Shown one piece after another: positions 49,457-62,112 of a stretch of DNA of 64,000 nt; positions within the stretch are counted from its first letter, which is position 1, and each line of letters opens with the position of its first letter. Origin of the DNA: Oikopleura dioica (lineage: Eukaryota > Animalia > Chordata); the NCBI GenBank assembly GCA_907165135.1, contig OU015566.1, positions 14,136,001 through 14,200,000 on the forward strand, given 5' to 3'. The notes under the pieces were generated by a model. The model saw nothing but the letters and a program-made list of their open reading frames with translations. It did not search any database and had not been told where the DNA came from. Both the position numbers and the translations under genes were made by a program.

Positions 49457-49800
49457 ACTACATGCAGAAACTGCCAGCTCAAAATAGAAATTTCAAATAC
49501 TGCACAAATTGCTCCGATCCTCTATCGTCGAGCTCACAAATAAAATGATAAAAATGAAAACTTCTTCAGCCAAATCGTCGCAAATGAGCATTATTTTAAA
49601 AGCAGGTTGAAAAATCCTGGCTAGGTTTTCTTCCCATGTCGTCATATGAATTAGTGAGTCAGAGCGCTCGGCCAATGAGAATCTCGTAGTTTTTCTCTCC
49701 TCGCTTCGGAAGAAAGAGAATTTCGTTTTTACTATCATGAAAAGTTATTGAGAAAAAAAGCATCGTGGAAAAATGGTAGAATTGGTTTCGCGATTGGCGT

Positions 49801-50509
49801 ATGAGAAGATTTTACTGAGAGATTTGAATACTGTAATTGCTTGTGGACTTTGCGAGGGATATCTGGTCGAGCCGAATGTTATTCCAGAGTGTTCACATAC
49901 TTTTTGCAGAACGGTAAGAGGATTTCCTAGGAAAATTGATGATTCGTGAATTTTAGTGCATTTTGCGTCATTTTCAAGACGAGCTGGATTGTCCAGAATG
50001 TGGTGTAGAAACGCACCCGACTGAGCCTGAGAAATGCCTCGTCTACGACGAAGTTTTGGACCAAATTCTTTGCGAACTGATCCCTAATTTAGCGAGAAGG
50101 GTTCAAGAAGAAAAAGACAGCTTCATGGAAGTCGAGAAGATTCCCAAATTCTTAATCAGGTAATACCAACACTTCTTTCGTCCCGAATTCATGACAAACT
50201 TTTAGATTCAAACCTTCCGATAGAAAGTCTCATTCCCTCCCCCGCCCGTATGTTTTGATCAATGGCGATACTCCGCTAAATGTAGTGAAGTTACTAGCCG
50301 GCGATCCGCGATATCTCGAATTCGACAATTTCAAGATCAAAAAGCTCGAAAGAACAGTTGTTTCCTGGCTCAAAGAGGATCATTCCGACCAGTTCAAGTC
50401 AAAAATTGGTAAGAAAGAAGCAGCCCTATCCTTTTTTCAACCTTTTTTTTTAGATACTTTTGGATCTTCGAGCGAAGCAATCAAGCTGACGATCCGCTTT
50501 TCCACCTGA
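49801..50509 (+). CDS. Polycomb group RING finger (PCGF/BMI1-like) protein, multi-exon
   Basis: LRDLNTVIACGLCEGYLVEP..ECSHTFCRTCILRHF..CPECG..DEVLDQILCELIPNL. Confidence 0.75.
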
Positions 50510-50689
50510 CCCTCGTCATTATTCCATCTTTCTATTTCTGTACTTCGAAAGATCCTCTTTCTTATCCCTTATTTCAAAACCTTTCCTTGTTATTCCTCTT
50601 CGTTCAAGAAAAAAATAACCTTCCTGACTTCTGATTTCGCGGGAAAGAGGTTTTTCAGTACTCTTTTCTAGAACATCGGACGGTCGAAA

Positions 50690-52577
50690 ATGTCGAATCT
50701 CGGAGAGATCCAACGCTCTGCCGATTTTAGCCTCCAGCCGAGCGAGGAGAAGGTCAAGCAGAACTCGGACAACTGGCCGCTTCTTTTGAAGGGCTGGGAC
50801 AAGCTCAACGTCAGGACCAATCACTTCACGCCTTACCCACAGGGTTGCAGTCCTCTCAAGGTAAAGATCTCCACTTGAAGCTCTTTTTGACCCCTTTTTT
50901 GTAGCGAGAAATCAAGGACTACATCGAAACCGGTGTGCTCAACGTCGATAAGCCGTCGAATCCCTCCTCCCACGAAGTCGTCGCTTGGATCAAGCGAATT
51001 CTCAAGGTCGAGAAGACTGGCCACTCAGGCACCCTCGATCCCAAGGTCACTGGTTGCCTCATTGTCTGCGTCGGCAGAGCCACCAGATTGGTCAAGTCGC
51101 AGCAGAGCGCTGGTAAAGAGTACGTCTGCATCTTCAAGCTCCACGAGGATATCCAGGTAAAGACTTCCAATGAACAACTCGTCTAATCTTCTGAAAAAGG
51201 ATGAGCAGAAGATCTACAAAGCGATCGAAACCCTGACTGGAGCCATGTTCCAGCGACCACCACTCATCTCTGCCGTCAAGCGTCAGTTGCGTATCCGAAC
51301 CATTTACGAATCCAAGCTCATCGAATACGACAACGAAAAACGCCTCGGTGTCTTTTGGGTTTCCTGCGAAGCTGGAACTTACATCCGAACCATGTGTGTC
51401 CATCTCGGTAGGAAACTTGATTCTCTTCCTGTTTTCATTCCGTTCAGGTCTTCTCCTCGGCTGTGGAGGACAAATGCAAGAGCTCCGACGAGTTCGTTCT
51501 GGAATCATGAACGAAAACGAATTGAGCTGCACGATGCACGACATTCTCGACGCTCAGCATGTGTACGAAACGACGCGGGATGAGACTTACCTTAGGAAAA
51601 TTGTGATGCCACTTGAAGTCATCCTCGTCAAGCACAAAAGAATCATTCTCAAGGTAACGTTAGGGGTTTTTCCTTTTATCATCTGATAACTCCTCGTCTA
51701 GGATTCGTCCGTGAACGCAGTCTGCTATGGCGCGAAGATCATGCTTCCCGGTGTGCTCAGATACGAAGACGGAATTGAAATCGACCAGGAAATCGTCTGC
51801 GTCACCACGAAGGGTGAGGCCATCTGCATCGCCATTGCCCAGATGACCACTGCTGTCATCGCCACTTGTGATCATGGGTAAGTTCTATTCTTTCGGCCCA
51901 TTGTAAGCCACTTTCTAGCGTCGTTGCCAAGATCAAACGAGTTATCATGGAGCGCGACGTCTACCCTAAGAAGTGGGGTCTCGGACCAAGAGCTTCGCTC
52001 AAGAAAGCCATGATCAAGTCTGGCATGCTCGACGAGTACGGCAAGCCTAACGAGAAGACCCCAGACTCCTACGTCGATGTAAGGACTTGCAAATTTGACC
52101 ATGAATTAACAGATTATTTAAGGGTGTTACAAGCAAACTCGGCAAGGCTGTAGGAGCTTCTGGCAACATTGACGCCATGGCCGCCGCTTTGGCCAAGTAC
52201 AAGGAGATTGTTGGCGATCTTGAGCCCCCAGCAGCTAAGGTAAGGAAGCTGTTGACGTCGCAGAGGGTAAAAATGAGTTGTAGAAAGTGAAGTCAGAGGT
52301 GGATAGCATCGGGGAGGCTGTTGAGTCAATGGATGTTGATGACGGCGAAAAGAAGAAAAAGAAGAAGAAGAAGAAAACGGTAAGAAAAGACGAAAAAAGG
52401 TCTAATTAGAAATTAGTTCATTTATGAGAGATTTTTGACGTCATTTTTTTGTAGAAATCCGAGTCTGAAGATGTAAAGACGGAGCCCGCCGAGGAAGAGT
52501 CGATGGAAGCGGAATCTGGCGAAAAGAAGAAGAAGAAGAAGAAAAAGAAGAAGGTTGAAGCCTCCGACGAGGAATGA
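50690..52577 (+). CDS. DKC1: Dyskerin, H/ACA pseudouridine synthase, multi-exon
   Basis: [48 protein letters not shown], poly-K tail. Confidence 0.97.
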
Positions 52578-54321
52578 GCGCCTATCCTGGGTCCATACTA
52601 GTTCCTTTTTCCGAAATCAGACAACCCGTCAGACCGTTAATTTTTCCCCGGCTTTGATTTTTGTGATGAGAGTTGACAAACTTGACTCTTGACTGCCATA
52701 ATTTTTGTTTGTTCTTTCAACCCTCCGTGCCTTTTTTGCTAGTATCAATTGCTCTATCTTTTTTCCCTGAGTAGCTAAAATACCGTGATTGTTTAGCCAC
52801 ACTCTCTTCCTCTTTTCCTGACTGTATTTCTTCTAACTGTAAACCACGAGAGTAGAATCGAATGAATTTGGAATAAATCAAGCCGCGAGTGAAATTTTTA
52901 TTCAGAAAATTCCTTGAAAATGGGGTTTTTCTGCTTGTTGTTTTTGTCTTATTGCAGGAGAGTTGTTTAGCTGAAAAGCGTGCTGAAAAAGTCCTCCAGT
53001 TGACGAATAGAAGAGCTAAATTTTTAACTCAGTAACGAATTTTGTTCTATTTTTATTCATAAAACTAAGGTTTTTGGGCCTTGATTGTCGATTTTGCGGC
53101 TAAGAAAAGCGGTCAAAATAGACTATCTCGGGTAAAAGCTCCGAATTTCCTTCATAAGTCTTACTGGTGATTATGACTGGTCTCAAGAAGATGCTCTTCC
53201 ATCCACGGATTCATGATCAGATCTGTCAGTGCTCTTCGTTTCTGATGCGCCGGTTCGAAATGACCACTCTACGTAATCATGATCTTTTGGGATCCTTTTG
53301 GTTACAAGTTAATTACCGTAGCTCTGTCGAAAATTGCCGAACAGTTGCCAAGATAAATCAAATTAAAAAGCACAAAAAAGCCTCGCATTTCTGTAGGATT
53401 TCTCGATCTGAAAAGTTGTCTTATTTAAATGCAGTGGTGGGGATGCAGAGCGCCTGGGAAAATTAACCGTCTCGCTTCGAATCGAAGATGTGGTTCATGT
53501 GATCAATTCCACACAGTTTGCAGAAAGAGATCATTATTGACTACAAACCAAGATACAAAAAACCTTCAGGTTAAGCCAGGAGAGCGGCAAATTTCTCTAG
53601 GGAAAGCAAAAAAGGAAGATAATTAGTTCTTTTCCGCGTCATTTCATTCATTTTATCCAACCGCTTTCTCAAAAATTCAACAAGTAGATACAAGAAGTTA
53701 ATCTTTCAAACAACTATTCAAACCAGATCCTTAGTATTTTCAATCGTTTGAATTAAATATTTTCTCTTCAAATGAAAACGTGGTTTGGTGCGTGTGTGAA
53801 ATTATACCTCGCAACAAATTTGATCAAAAACAGCTACATAAATGGAATTTTCCAAACACGACGTGAAAATTGCCGTGCGGGAGCTAGAACTCTCGCTTTG
53901 GTCTGGCAGCGCTAATGATCTTAAAATGACTGAAACTCGAGTCAAACATCCGCCGTTATGGTAAAATGAGAAATGGTTTCTAAAAGTGTCTGCGAAAGCA
54001 ACAAAATCCATACTTTTTTTATTAAATGGTAATAGAATACAATTTTAATATATTTAATATCTTTTTACAAACAGTGACAATAAATTCTCGTCGTTGAATT
54101 ATCACTCCGCGCAATCGAGTGAAAAATGATATTTATCCCTTTTTTACGACTCAAAATGATGCATAGTAAGCAGAAATAACATCATAAATGAAGGGTCACA
54201 ATTCAAAATGGCAGCGTTTTATGGAGTAGCAAAGGGGCCCCTATTAAGTTCATAGCAGTCGTCGAGGTTTCGCCGCTTGGCAGAGAGAGATTTTTATAAA
54301 ATCAGATATTTCACCAGAATA

Positions 54322-54608
54322 ATGCCAGGAAGTTCAAATGAAAGCTACGTTTTTTACACGCCGCGTGAGTCTGTTGACAATTCGGCAGACAATTCCTCGA
54401 ACGATTGCCGACTGAGAAATGTTAACTCAATTATGGCGGAAAAAGACGCAGAGAATAAAGAATTGAAAGAGCAGGTGGAAAAGTACAAACAAGAACTACA
54501 AATGTATAAAAAGAATCAAGTTGTGAAAGAAAGGCCTTCAAAAGTGGAAGGAGCCCTTAATGCTGTCTTCGATGCAGTGAAAGAATTGGTTCTCGCAACA
54601 CTCCACTT
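54322..54608 (+). CDS. 5' part of a small coiled-coil ORF truncated by the retroelement insertion
   Basis: ATG 54322; the frame runs into the terminal repeat at 54609 and stops six codons later. Confidence 0.45.
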
Positions 54609-55088
54609 GTATTGTAATCACGCATAAATAACAATGGTAATGGGAATATTCCCGAGCACGCGCAATTACAATACTGTGGTAGAGAAATGTCTTTCTAAGG
54701 ATAAGGACTGGGCAGTATGTAGGGCGTGTGCTCGTTTACCCTACTTTTACTGCTTATTTCAGGGATGGTGGGCGGGTGAGTCTTTTGATTCAGCTAGGAG
54801 TCTTATTGGTAATGCTTCTGCTGAGAAAAAGCCTCTATTTTAAATTTCTCGATTTAGGTTTTAGCTGCAGGCTAAGAACCTTTAGAGTGAACCTGCGTGA
54901 TTCCGGTGCACCCGCTCGAAACCAGGTGCTCTCGGGCGCCTTTGTCACCTTTTGCTGCGTCCTGGGAGTCCCTGCCATTGGTTACTAGGCTCTCCTGCCG
55001 CGTTCTATTTCTAGCGGGCTGCTAATCCCTTTGTCCTAGATTCGTATTGTAATCACGCATAAATAACAATGGTAATGGGAATATTCCC
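54609..55088. repeat. Split direct repeat terminus: B2 54609-54653, putative A2 54654-55043, B1 55044-55088
   Basis: Identical 45-mer GTATTGTAATCACGCATAAATAACAATGGTAATGGGAATATTCCC occurs twice, separated by 390 nt. Confidence 0.9.
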
Positions 55089-55198
55089 TCCCTACCATTC
55101 TCGTTATTCTCATCAATCGATTGCTAAGGGATTCTTATTTTTTTGGCAGGAAAAAGGGAGAATCTTTTCTTTGTGATGCAGGAATCTTTTATGCTCTT

Positions 55199-56372
55199 TC
55201 AGGACTCAGTTGTTTTCGGCTTCTTTTGCTCTTGCTTGGCTTCTTGTGGTTCTTGTGGTGTCTGAAACCTTTATGATTGAACCCTAATTGTTTTGCCACT
55301 CTTACCTGAAGATGGTTATCCTCGTTGTCGCTTCCGTTTCGCTTTCTGGCTCTTGATTTCGCGACGCTGACGGGCGCTCCCAAGTTACTGCATTCGAGCC
55401 AGCATCTTTCGTAGTAATCTGGCATTGAGCTTCCTGGAGCCCATCGGAGCGTGTGCGCGAGGGTTTGCTGAGAAAGGCCTGAGCGGCGTCCCTCGATGTA
55501 GAAGCTGACTCTGCCCGAATGCGCGGAGACCTGAACAGGAGTCTTTTAAGTGTGTGGATTCTAAAGTCTTTGTACTTTTTTCGGGAGTTCCGCTTTTGCT
55601 CCGTAGCGGGCCAGGTAGTCCGAGGCGATTCTGGTGTGACCTTCTAGATTCTTGAAGACGAGTCCTTAAGGAGATGGTCAGATAATTTCTTAGAAGCTTC
55701 GCTAGCATTTTTACCTGAATCTCGGTCTCTTAACTGCGCTCTGAGTTCCAGCGCCAGCGGGACGCCGTGTTTCATCTCCATGGGGATGGTTAGAGTCTCC
55801 ATGCGCTTGCAAAATGGGTCCGTCTTGCTGCTTCGAATGTGGAATCGCCAGAACTCTTTCCCCTCTTCCTTGACGATCTCGCGGTCTTCGATTCTGAGGT
55901 TGAGTGCCTCCTTCATTCTAGCGCCCGTGGTGAAGCAGATGAAAAAGGCGATGGCTGCTTCTCTTGGCTTTGGCTTGTTTGTCCTCATGAGCTCCTCCCA
56001 CAGCCGGATTGCTTCTGGTTCGTCCACAACTTCCGCTTGCTAGAAGGTTTGAAACTACGATGCGAAAGGCGAGTTTACCTTGGGGTATTGGAGGGTTTCT
56101 GCTGCTGATTCACGGGCTCTGTGTTCGCACCAGGTCTTGATCTTCCTTTTTTGTTTTGCTGTGAGAGTCTTCTTCATCTGGGATGCGACTACATCTTGAA
56201 TCGTTGTGATTCCTTTTTCGTACGCATAAGCCTTGAGCGTTGGTCTTGTGAGGAGTCTGTCGAGGAAGTGTTGGATCACGTCGTCGATTTCCGCCTCATT
56301 GTAGTTGAAAGTGGCCATTGCTTCTGCCACCTCCCAGTGCTCTAGAAGATTCTTAAAGTCGAGCCAGGTCAT
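55199..56372 (-). CDS. Tyrosine recombinase (~331 aa); exons 56372-56079, 56039-55715, 55664-55576, 55530-55306, 55261-55199
   Basis: After splicing, catalytic residues R (TGAR), K (SKTD), HSGR, W (LRW) and Y (PDYY) are all present. Last intron is less certain (unspliced stop at 55189). Confidence 0.9.
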
Positions 56373-56590
56373 GAGTCTAAACGGTGATTTTTTAGGGTTT
56401 GGATTCGGAAAACCTAGTTTTTTTTTTTTTATTAAAAAAGGGGCTCTTGGCCGGATTGCGGCTGGGGTTTTTTTTTTTTAGTATTTTGAGACAGAATCTA
56501 AATGAAGAAACGCGCACTATAAGGGGCTAATCCCCGTCGTGGAGTGAAGTATTTTCGAAGATGGTTCTAGATTATTTTTTTTTTTGATTC

Positions 56591-57881
56591 TTATTCGACT
56601 CCGCCTTGGTCTTGGAATTTTTTGGCGTCTCCTCCTTGATTGTTTCCTCCGCCACGGCCTCGCCCGCGGCCTCGGCCTCGGCCTCGCCCGCGGCCTCGGC
56701 CACGACCTCCGGAGCTTCCGCTGCCTTCCGGGGTGGGATTCGCGTTTTCGCTCTGGTGGTCCGTCTTTTGCTTCTTGCTTTGGCTTCCGCTTCCGTGTCC
56801 TCCTCGACGTCCTCGGCCCGGTTTAGAGTCTCGCTCAGATCGCCAGTCCTCTGAACCGTCGCAGGGGTTGATGATCATTTTCTTGAAGGTTGGGTGAGTC
56901 GTGTTCATCGTCATGGCTCTGTCGAATTGGTGGCGCACATTCGGGCGCATAAGAGGCTTAATTGGTGCGTGAGTTTTCCTTTTTAGAGTCAAACGCGTAC
57001 CGTAAGAGAGAGCAGTGCATCTTTCCGAGTCATATCCGGCATCCGGATCAGTTCGTCGACGACGCTTTCGATGATGGCTCGTTCGGTGTACTCGGGAGTC
57101 ATGGCTCTTTTGTAGTTACCGAGCAACTTCAGGAGTTTTTCCCGTCTAAAGGTCCGTTGAGTCTTGGCGTCTGTGACGAAAGCCCGAAATTCCTTGCCCA
57201 TGTCGCGGAGAGAGTCTCCTTCGTCTTGTGGCAAGTTTGTGGAGCCGACTTGAGTCTAAGAAAGGTTGGAGGGCCAGGATGATTCCTTGGTGTTTTTAAC
57301 TTACCATGTAGTAGGATTCGACGCCTGTAAGAGGGTCTTTTTCCTTGAATACAGCTGCGGATTCGGCCGTATTTTGAGAGAGTTCAGTGATTTTTGTCTC
57401 TCTCGTCTTAATTTGAGCGAACATGGCTCCTTTGAGGCTGTAGCGCTCCATTTTGTCCGCGATCAGGCGGCGGAGTTTTGATTCTATTTCCGACGGATTC
57501 CAACGGTCGTAGAATTTATTCTCCTCCTCCGAGCGTTTTTTGGCGTTGGGTTCGCGCATTTTGATCTCGAGACTCTTGTCGCGGTTGGCTTCGAGTTCCG
57601 CGATTTCCTTCTATGATAGGAAATAGTTTTTTTTTTTTCTTTTGGGTTTTACTTACGATAAGGCTATCGGTGAGTTTGTCGTGAGTCGCCATATCTTTCC
57701 TGATATCTTCGATTTCGACGACCAGTCGATCGGCTTCTTCCGTCTGGGCTTGAGTCTTTGTGTGCTCGTAGAATGCTGCCTTGGTGATCTGGACTCTGAC
57801 CGCCCGCGTCTTCGCTTCTTGTTCCGTGAGCTTCGTGTGATCCGAGAGAAGCTTGGAGAGGGCTTTGGACTGCTCCGTCAT
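56591..57881 (-). CDS. Element accessory gene X (383 aa): coiled coil plus RG-repeat tail; exons 57881-57657, 57610-57305, 57255-57001, 56956-56591
   Basis: Three phase-0 GT-AG introns (46, 49, 44 nt) join four ORF fragments in frame; (RG)9 tract near the C-terminus. Confidence 0.8.
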
Positions 57882-58001
57882 TTTTTCAGTGATTCCGAGT
57901 CTAAAATGGAATTTGAGAGTCAAAATTTCTGTTTCTTTGTGTGATTTGGCCGAATGGGGAATCTGAGAGAGAGAGGAGAAAAACAGTATAAAGAGTCTTG
58001 A

Positions 58002-60690
58002 TTAGAGTCTATTTGCGATAATTTTGATTGTTGAGACGTTGGTCGCCACTTTCCAGTAGCCTTCGATGGTTTTCACCTTCGCTGGTGTTAAAATGGAATC
58101 CGCTGGGATGTCAAAGACTCTGTAGCCTTTGAGTTTAGCTTGAGTCACGACTAAAGGCTCGGCTTCGAAACACGGCACCACTAAAGCCCATGGCGTCGCT
58201 ATTTCGGTGAGTCTATTGTAGTATTTGTGGGCGATTTTCGGAGGTGGGAACGCGTACAGCTTTCTTCCGATTAGTTCATGGATTGGGAAGCTTAGGAAGT
58301 CTCTTCCAAAGGCTCCTTTTGTCTCTCGGCGCGCGATGAAGTCTCTGCATTTATTGTTGAGTGGCTAAAAAAGGAATTTTGGATTTGGAAGGCGACTCTC
58401 TTCGAATCTTACCGTTGCTGCCACGTCAATGTCGAGCGGGTCCGAAAGGTGAGATTGCAGATAAGCGAATCCATTTGCCGTTAGTTTTTGTTCTCTGGAG
58501 TCCAAATCCCTGGAGGGAGCGTCAGCCAGTTGCTTTTTTGTGCTGACCCAGTCGACTTTCATATCTATGTTGAATCTCTGAGCGAGAGTCCAGATTCTGA
58601 CTAGAATCGTGTTCATTTCGGGATCTTTGCTCCCCGCTATGGCTCCTTGGACTACACTGTCGTTGTCGCAGAGGAACAGCGCCCTTTGGTTCTTTAGTTT
58701 TTGGCCGTACCACTCGAGGGTGAATTGAATCGCAAGGGCTTCTTTGATTCCTATGTGTTTATCAGCCATTTCTGCTTCCCAAGCAAATCTCTCCTCCAGC
58801 TTCCATTGCTCGATGACGATGGCTCCTGCGTGTGAAGAAGCATCCGTGAAGATTATGAGTCCTGTTTCTTGGCGGTTCAGCTTTGTCCAATGTCTTTTGA
58901 GTCCTTTTTCTTCCAGAAGAGTCCAGAGTCTCCATTCCTCGCGGACTTCCTTTGTCAGCAAGCAGGATTCTTTTTCTTCTCTGAGCGCTTGGCTGATGAG
59001 GATTGTCGTTTGGCGGATGAGCATTCTCATGTTCGGAAGGACTTCGGCCATACTTGCCATTGTGCCTCTGATTCTTTCGAGCATCTGGGACGGAACTTCA
59101 GTTTTCGCTTCGGCTTCTTTCATAAGGTTTTTGAGGGCTGCCCATCTTTGCATCGGAATCTCCACTGTTTCGCTTTCCGTGTCCAAAATGAATCCAAGGA
59201 ATTCGATTCTTTGGGTGGGTTTGAAGGTGCTTTTGGTGATGTTCACATAGCCGCCGAGTGCCACCAGCGTCGCTACTGTTGCCCAGACTTCTTTGCCGAC
59301 TTTCTCTCCCGCTAGAAGCTGGCGTCGATCTTCTTCAGATTCTGGAGTGACGGCTAGGAGTCTATCATCGAGGTAGAGTGTTATTTTGATTCCGTTTTTC
59401 CTCAGAAAATTGACTCCACATAGATTCATCAGCTGGTAGATTCCAGGCGCGGCTGGGATTCCGAATGCGAGTATATTGTTTCTGAAGTACTGGCCGCCCC
59501 AATCGAAGCAAGCGAGTTTCTTGCTCTCTTCGCTGAGAGGCAGCTGGTGGAATCCTAGATTTTAAGTTAGGTTTCTTTTTTTTTTGCTGTTAAGTTAGAT
59601 ACCCTTTTTATCGTCGAATTTGTACAGCAGGTCTCCCTTTTTGAGCATTTGGATTGCAGCACCGACGCTTTCTAATTTGCATGGAAATGTGTACAGCTGC
59701 AGAGGCTTGAGGACTCCACCGTTCCAACAGACTCTGGTTTCTCTTCCTGGTTTGTCGACGAGAACGAATCCCGCTCGGATCCAGCATCCTTTTGAATCTG
59801 TGACTCTTGTTACCGAGCCCATTTCGCACCAGTCGGTGATTTGTTGGACAATTTCGTCGCTTCTTTCTCTTACAGCTTCTTGGCTCGGAATCGTGAGGGA
59901 TTTGTAGCGTTTGCCGATCTTCTCATATGGCCGGGGGACGAATTTTGAGAGTCTGAGTCTGTGGTTGTACCAGGTTTTGAAATTTCCGCCTAGTTTTCTC
60001 AAAGTGTCTGAGTTGGCCGAATTTCGCTTCCATATTGTCACTAACTCCTTCCGCTTGAATTCGGCAGGTTTCTTGGGGGGGTATTCTTTTGAGATTCAAG
60101 AACAGGTCTGCTCCTCCATGGACGAAATGGTAGATCAGCGGCTTCACTTTTTCAGGCATCTGATGGATGAGGACTCTCCAGTTATCTTTGTTATGAGTCC
60201 ATTGGCCCGCGATGAAGTCAGATTCTTTTCTCAGCGCAAGGGTTTCCCAGTCGGGTTTGGCCTCGTTGTTTAGAACTCTTATGACTCTGTGAAGAAGGTC
60301 TGTCTCATAGATTTTCCATTCGGGTAGTGATTTTGGGCCTGTGATGGGTTCGTTATAAATGTTGACAGGGTTTATGATTGGGAATTTTGGTCTATTGAAG
60401 ACTCCCTTGTCCGCTAGTGCTCGCATTTCCACCTCGATGGACTTCCAGCTCTTCGGCTTCTTGGCTTGTTCTCTTTCTTTTGAATCCTGCGGCTGCGCGG
60501 GCGGATTCATAGCTTCTTGGGATCGGAATCTTCCAGAAGAGTTTCTCGTATGTGGTGCCGAGAAGCGAGGATGGGTCTTCGAGTCCTCTTTCAAGTCGGT
60601 TGTCGATGTCGTTGAGATTAAGGACTCTGTATTCTGCGGCTGCGATGCGATCTCTTGGTGGCCAGATTGCCCGAAGCGTCCTGATAGCAT
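58002..60690 (-). CDS. Pol: RT, RNase H and N6-adenine methyltransferase-like domain; introns 59555-59602 and 58365-58412; frameshift at G7 run 60075-60081
   Basis: FVLVDKP..RVCWN, KFDDKK^GFHQL, LAFG, YLDD, IEFLG. RNase H: FTDAS, HIGIKE, CDN, ADAPSR. MT: DIDVAAT^PLNNKC..YAFPP. Confidence 0.93.
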
Positions 60691-61720
60691 CCCAGGCGGT
60701 GAAATCTTGATTTGCGTCGATGTTTGTTAAAAACTCTCTGAGCGTCATGCTAATTGGATTTGAGACTCCGAAGATTGTGTTTAGGTGAGTCCAGGCTGAT
60801 CTTGCTGCACTTGATAAGAGTCTCGGAAAGATGCATCTGGTGTTAGTAAGTTGAAAAAGAATCTCCCCGAATATCGCGTTGGTGATGGAGGAGCAGAGTT
60901 GCCTCTCGTTCGCGAAGGATGCCCGACGCTTTTCCGGGCTCAGGATTAGTATATTTTTGAACCTAATGTTCCAAATGTGGGCGATGAGCGTCATTCGCGG
61001 AGAGGCACGTGAATTGAGGTTTTCTGGAGGTTTGCAGCGCGCCAGAATCATTCTGAAGATGGCTTCTGCTGAGTCATTCCAGAGTCTGCCCAATATCCAG
61101 GAAACTGCTTCTTCCAGCTTCAGAAGGTCAGCTTTTGAGACAGAGTCTCTTTCCAATGGTTCCATCATTTTTGCCCAAAAAACTATTTCCGCTGAGTTAT
61201 AGACGTTTGATTCGTGCACCTGTTTCATGAGTCTCTCGACTACTGGTCTAACCGAGTGTTCTAGTTTGCCTTGAATCATTTCGAGCTCCACCTTATTTGT
61301 GGATGCGAGTCTACGGTTGATTCCGATGGATGGGCTATGTGCGATTGTGGCGATTGTTTGGAAGGCATCTATTAGTTGGATTCCCTGGAGGCCTTCATGC
61401 TCAGCCTCTTGAAGGATCGCTTTCATGATTTTCGAGGATTCTTGAGATTCGGAGATGATTCTCGCGGCTTCCGCTGCTAGGTTTTTAATTCGATCTTCTA
61501 GCGTTTCTCCATAGCATAAGATTCTTTTTGGCGGGATTGACGCATTCGTATTAAGGCTATTTTGGATGTCCCAAACAAGGCCTTTGAGCCTCTCCAGATT
61601 CACGCTAGAGTTTCGCGTTTGAGGGGGAGTTTCCGGCGTGGCTTGTTTAGCCGCTATTGGGCTTTTTGGGTGATCTGTTGTGGGGGCTTCTGCATCGGAA
61701 TCCTCTGTTTTTTGGGGCTT
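60392..61720 (-). CDS. Element gene C (gag-position ORF, over 400 aa), overlapping the pol frame by ~300 nt; first exon unresolved (~61790-61858)
   Basis: Frame is open from the acceptor at 61721-61722 to the stop at 60392. Confidence 0.65.
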   Translation of the reverse strand, partial: KPQKTEDSDAEAPTTDHPKSPIAAKQATPETPPQTRNSSVNLERLKGLVWDIQNSLNTNASIPPKRILCYGETLEDRIKNLAAEAARIISESQESSKIMKAILQEAEHEGLQGIQLIDAFQTIATIAHSPSIGINRRLASTNKVELEMIQGKLEHSVRPVVERLMKQVHESNVYNSAEIVFWAKMMEPLERDSVSKADLLKLEEAVSWILGRLWNDSAEAIFRMILARCKPPENLNSRASPRMTLIAHIWNIRFKNILILSPEKRRASFANERQLCSSITNAIFGEILFQLTNTRCIFPRLLSSAARSAWTHLNTIFGVSNPISMTLREFLTNIDANQDFTAWDAIRTLRAIWPPRDRIAAAEYRVLNLNDIDNRLERGLEDPSSLLGTTYEKLFWKIPIPRSYESARAAAGFKRKRTSQEAEELEVHRGGNASTSGQGSLQ

Positions 61721-62112
61721 CTATTTAGAGTCTTTTTTTTTTATGTTTTGAGAAGTTTATTTATTTTGAGTGACTCTTTTATTTTCTTACGGGCCCGAGC
61801 CTGATTCTGACGGGAGTTTAAAGCCTTCCAAATCCGAATCTGAACTTTGACTCTCCATTCTGAACTTTGATTCTATTTTTGGTGTTTCTTGGTTTTTGAT
61901 TTTCTTTTCCAGCTTTGGTTTTTAAGAGTTTCTTATTCTTTTTTTTAATGCTTTCTAAAGGAAGAGGCGAGGATCTTCTGATGAGATCGAAATTATTTAT
62001 TATGAACAGCTTTTCTGTAAATTTGGAAAAATGAAGAAAGGGTAAGATTCTGTTTCAGTGATTTGAGGCATAAAAAGGCAGTTTGAGTCTAAGAGTCTGG
62101 ATTTGGCTTCTT

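Noticed and set aside
50690-52577. Intronic snoRNAs in DKC1
   Set aside because: Introns are too short to host H/ACA RNAs.
55189-60041. Interpreting the YR element as a decayed, stop-riddled pseudo-element or a prophage
   Set aside because: Every break except one homopolymer is bounded by in-phase splice signals, and the domain set is eukaryotic DIRS/PAT.
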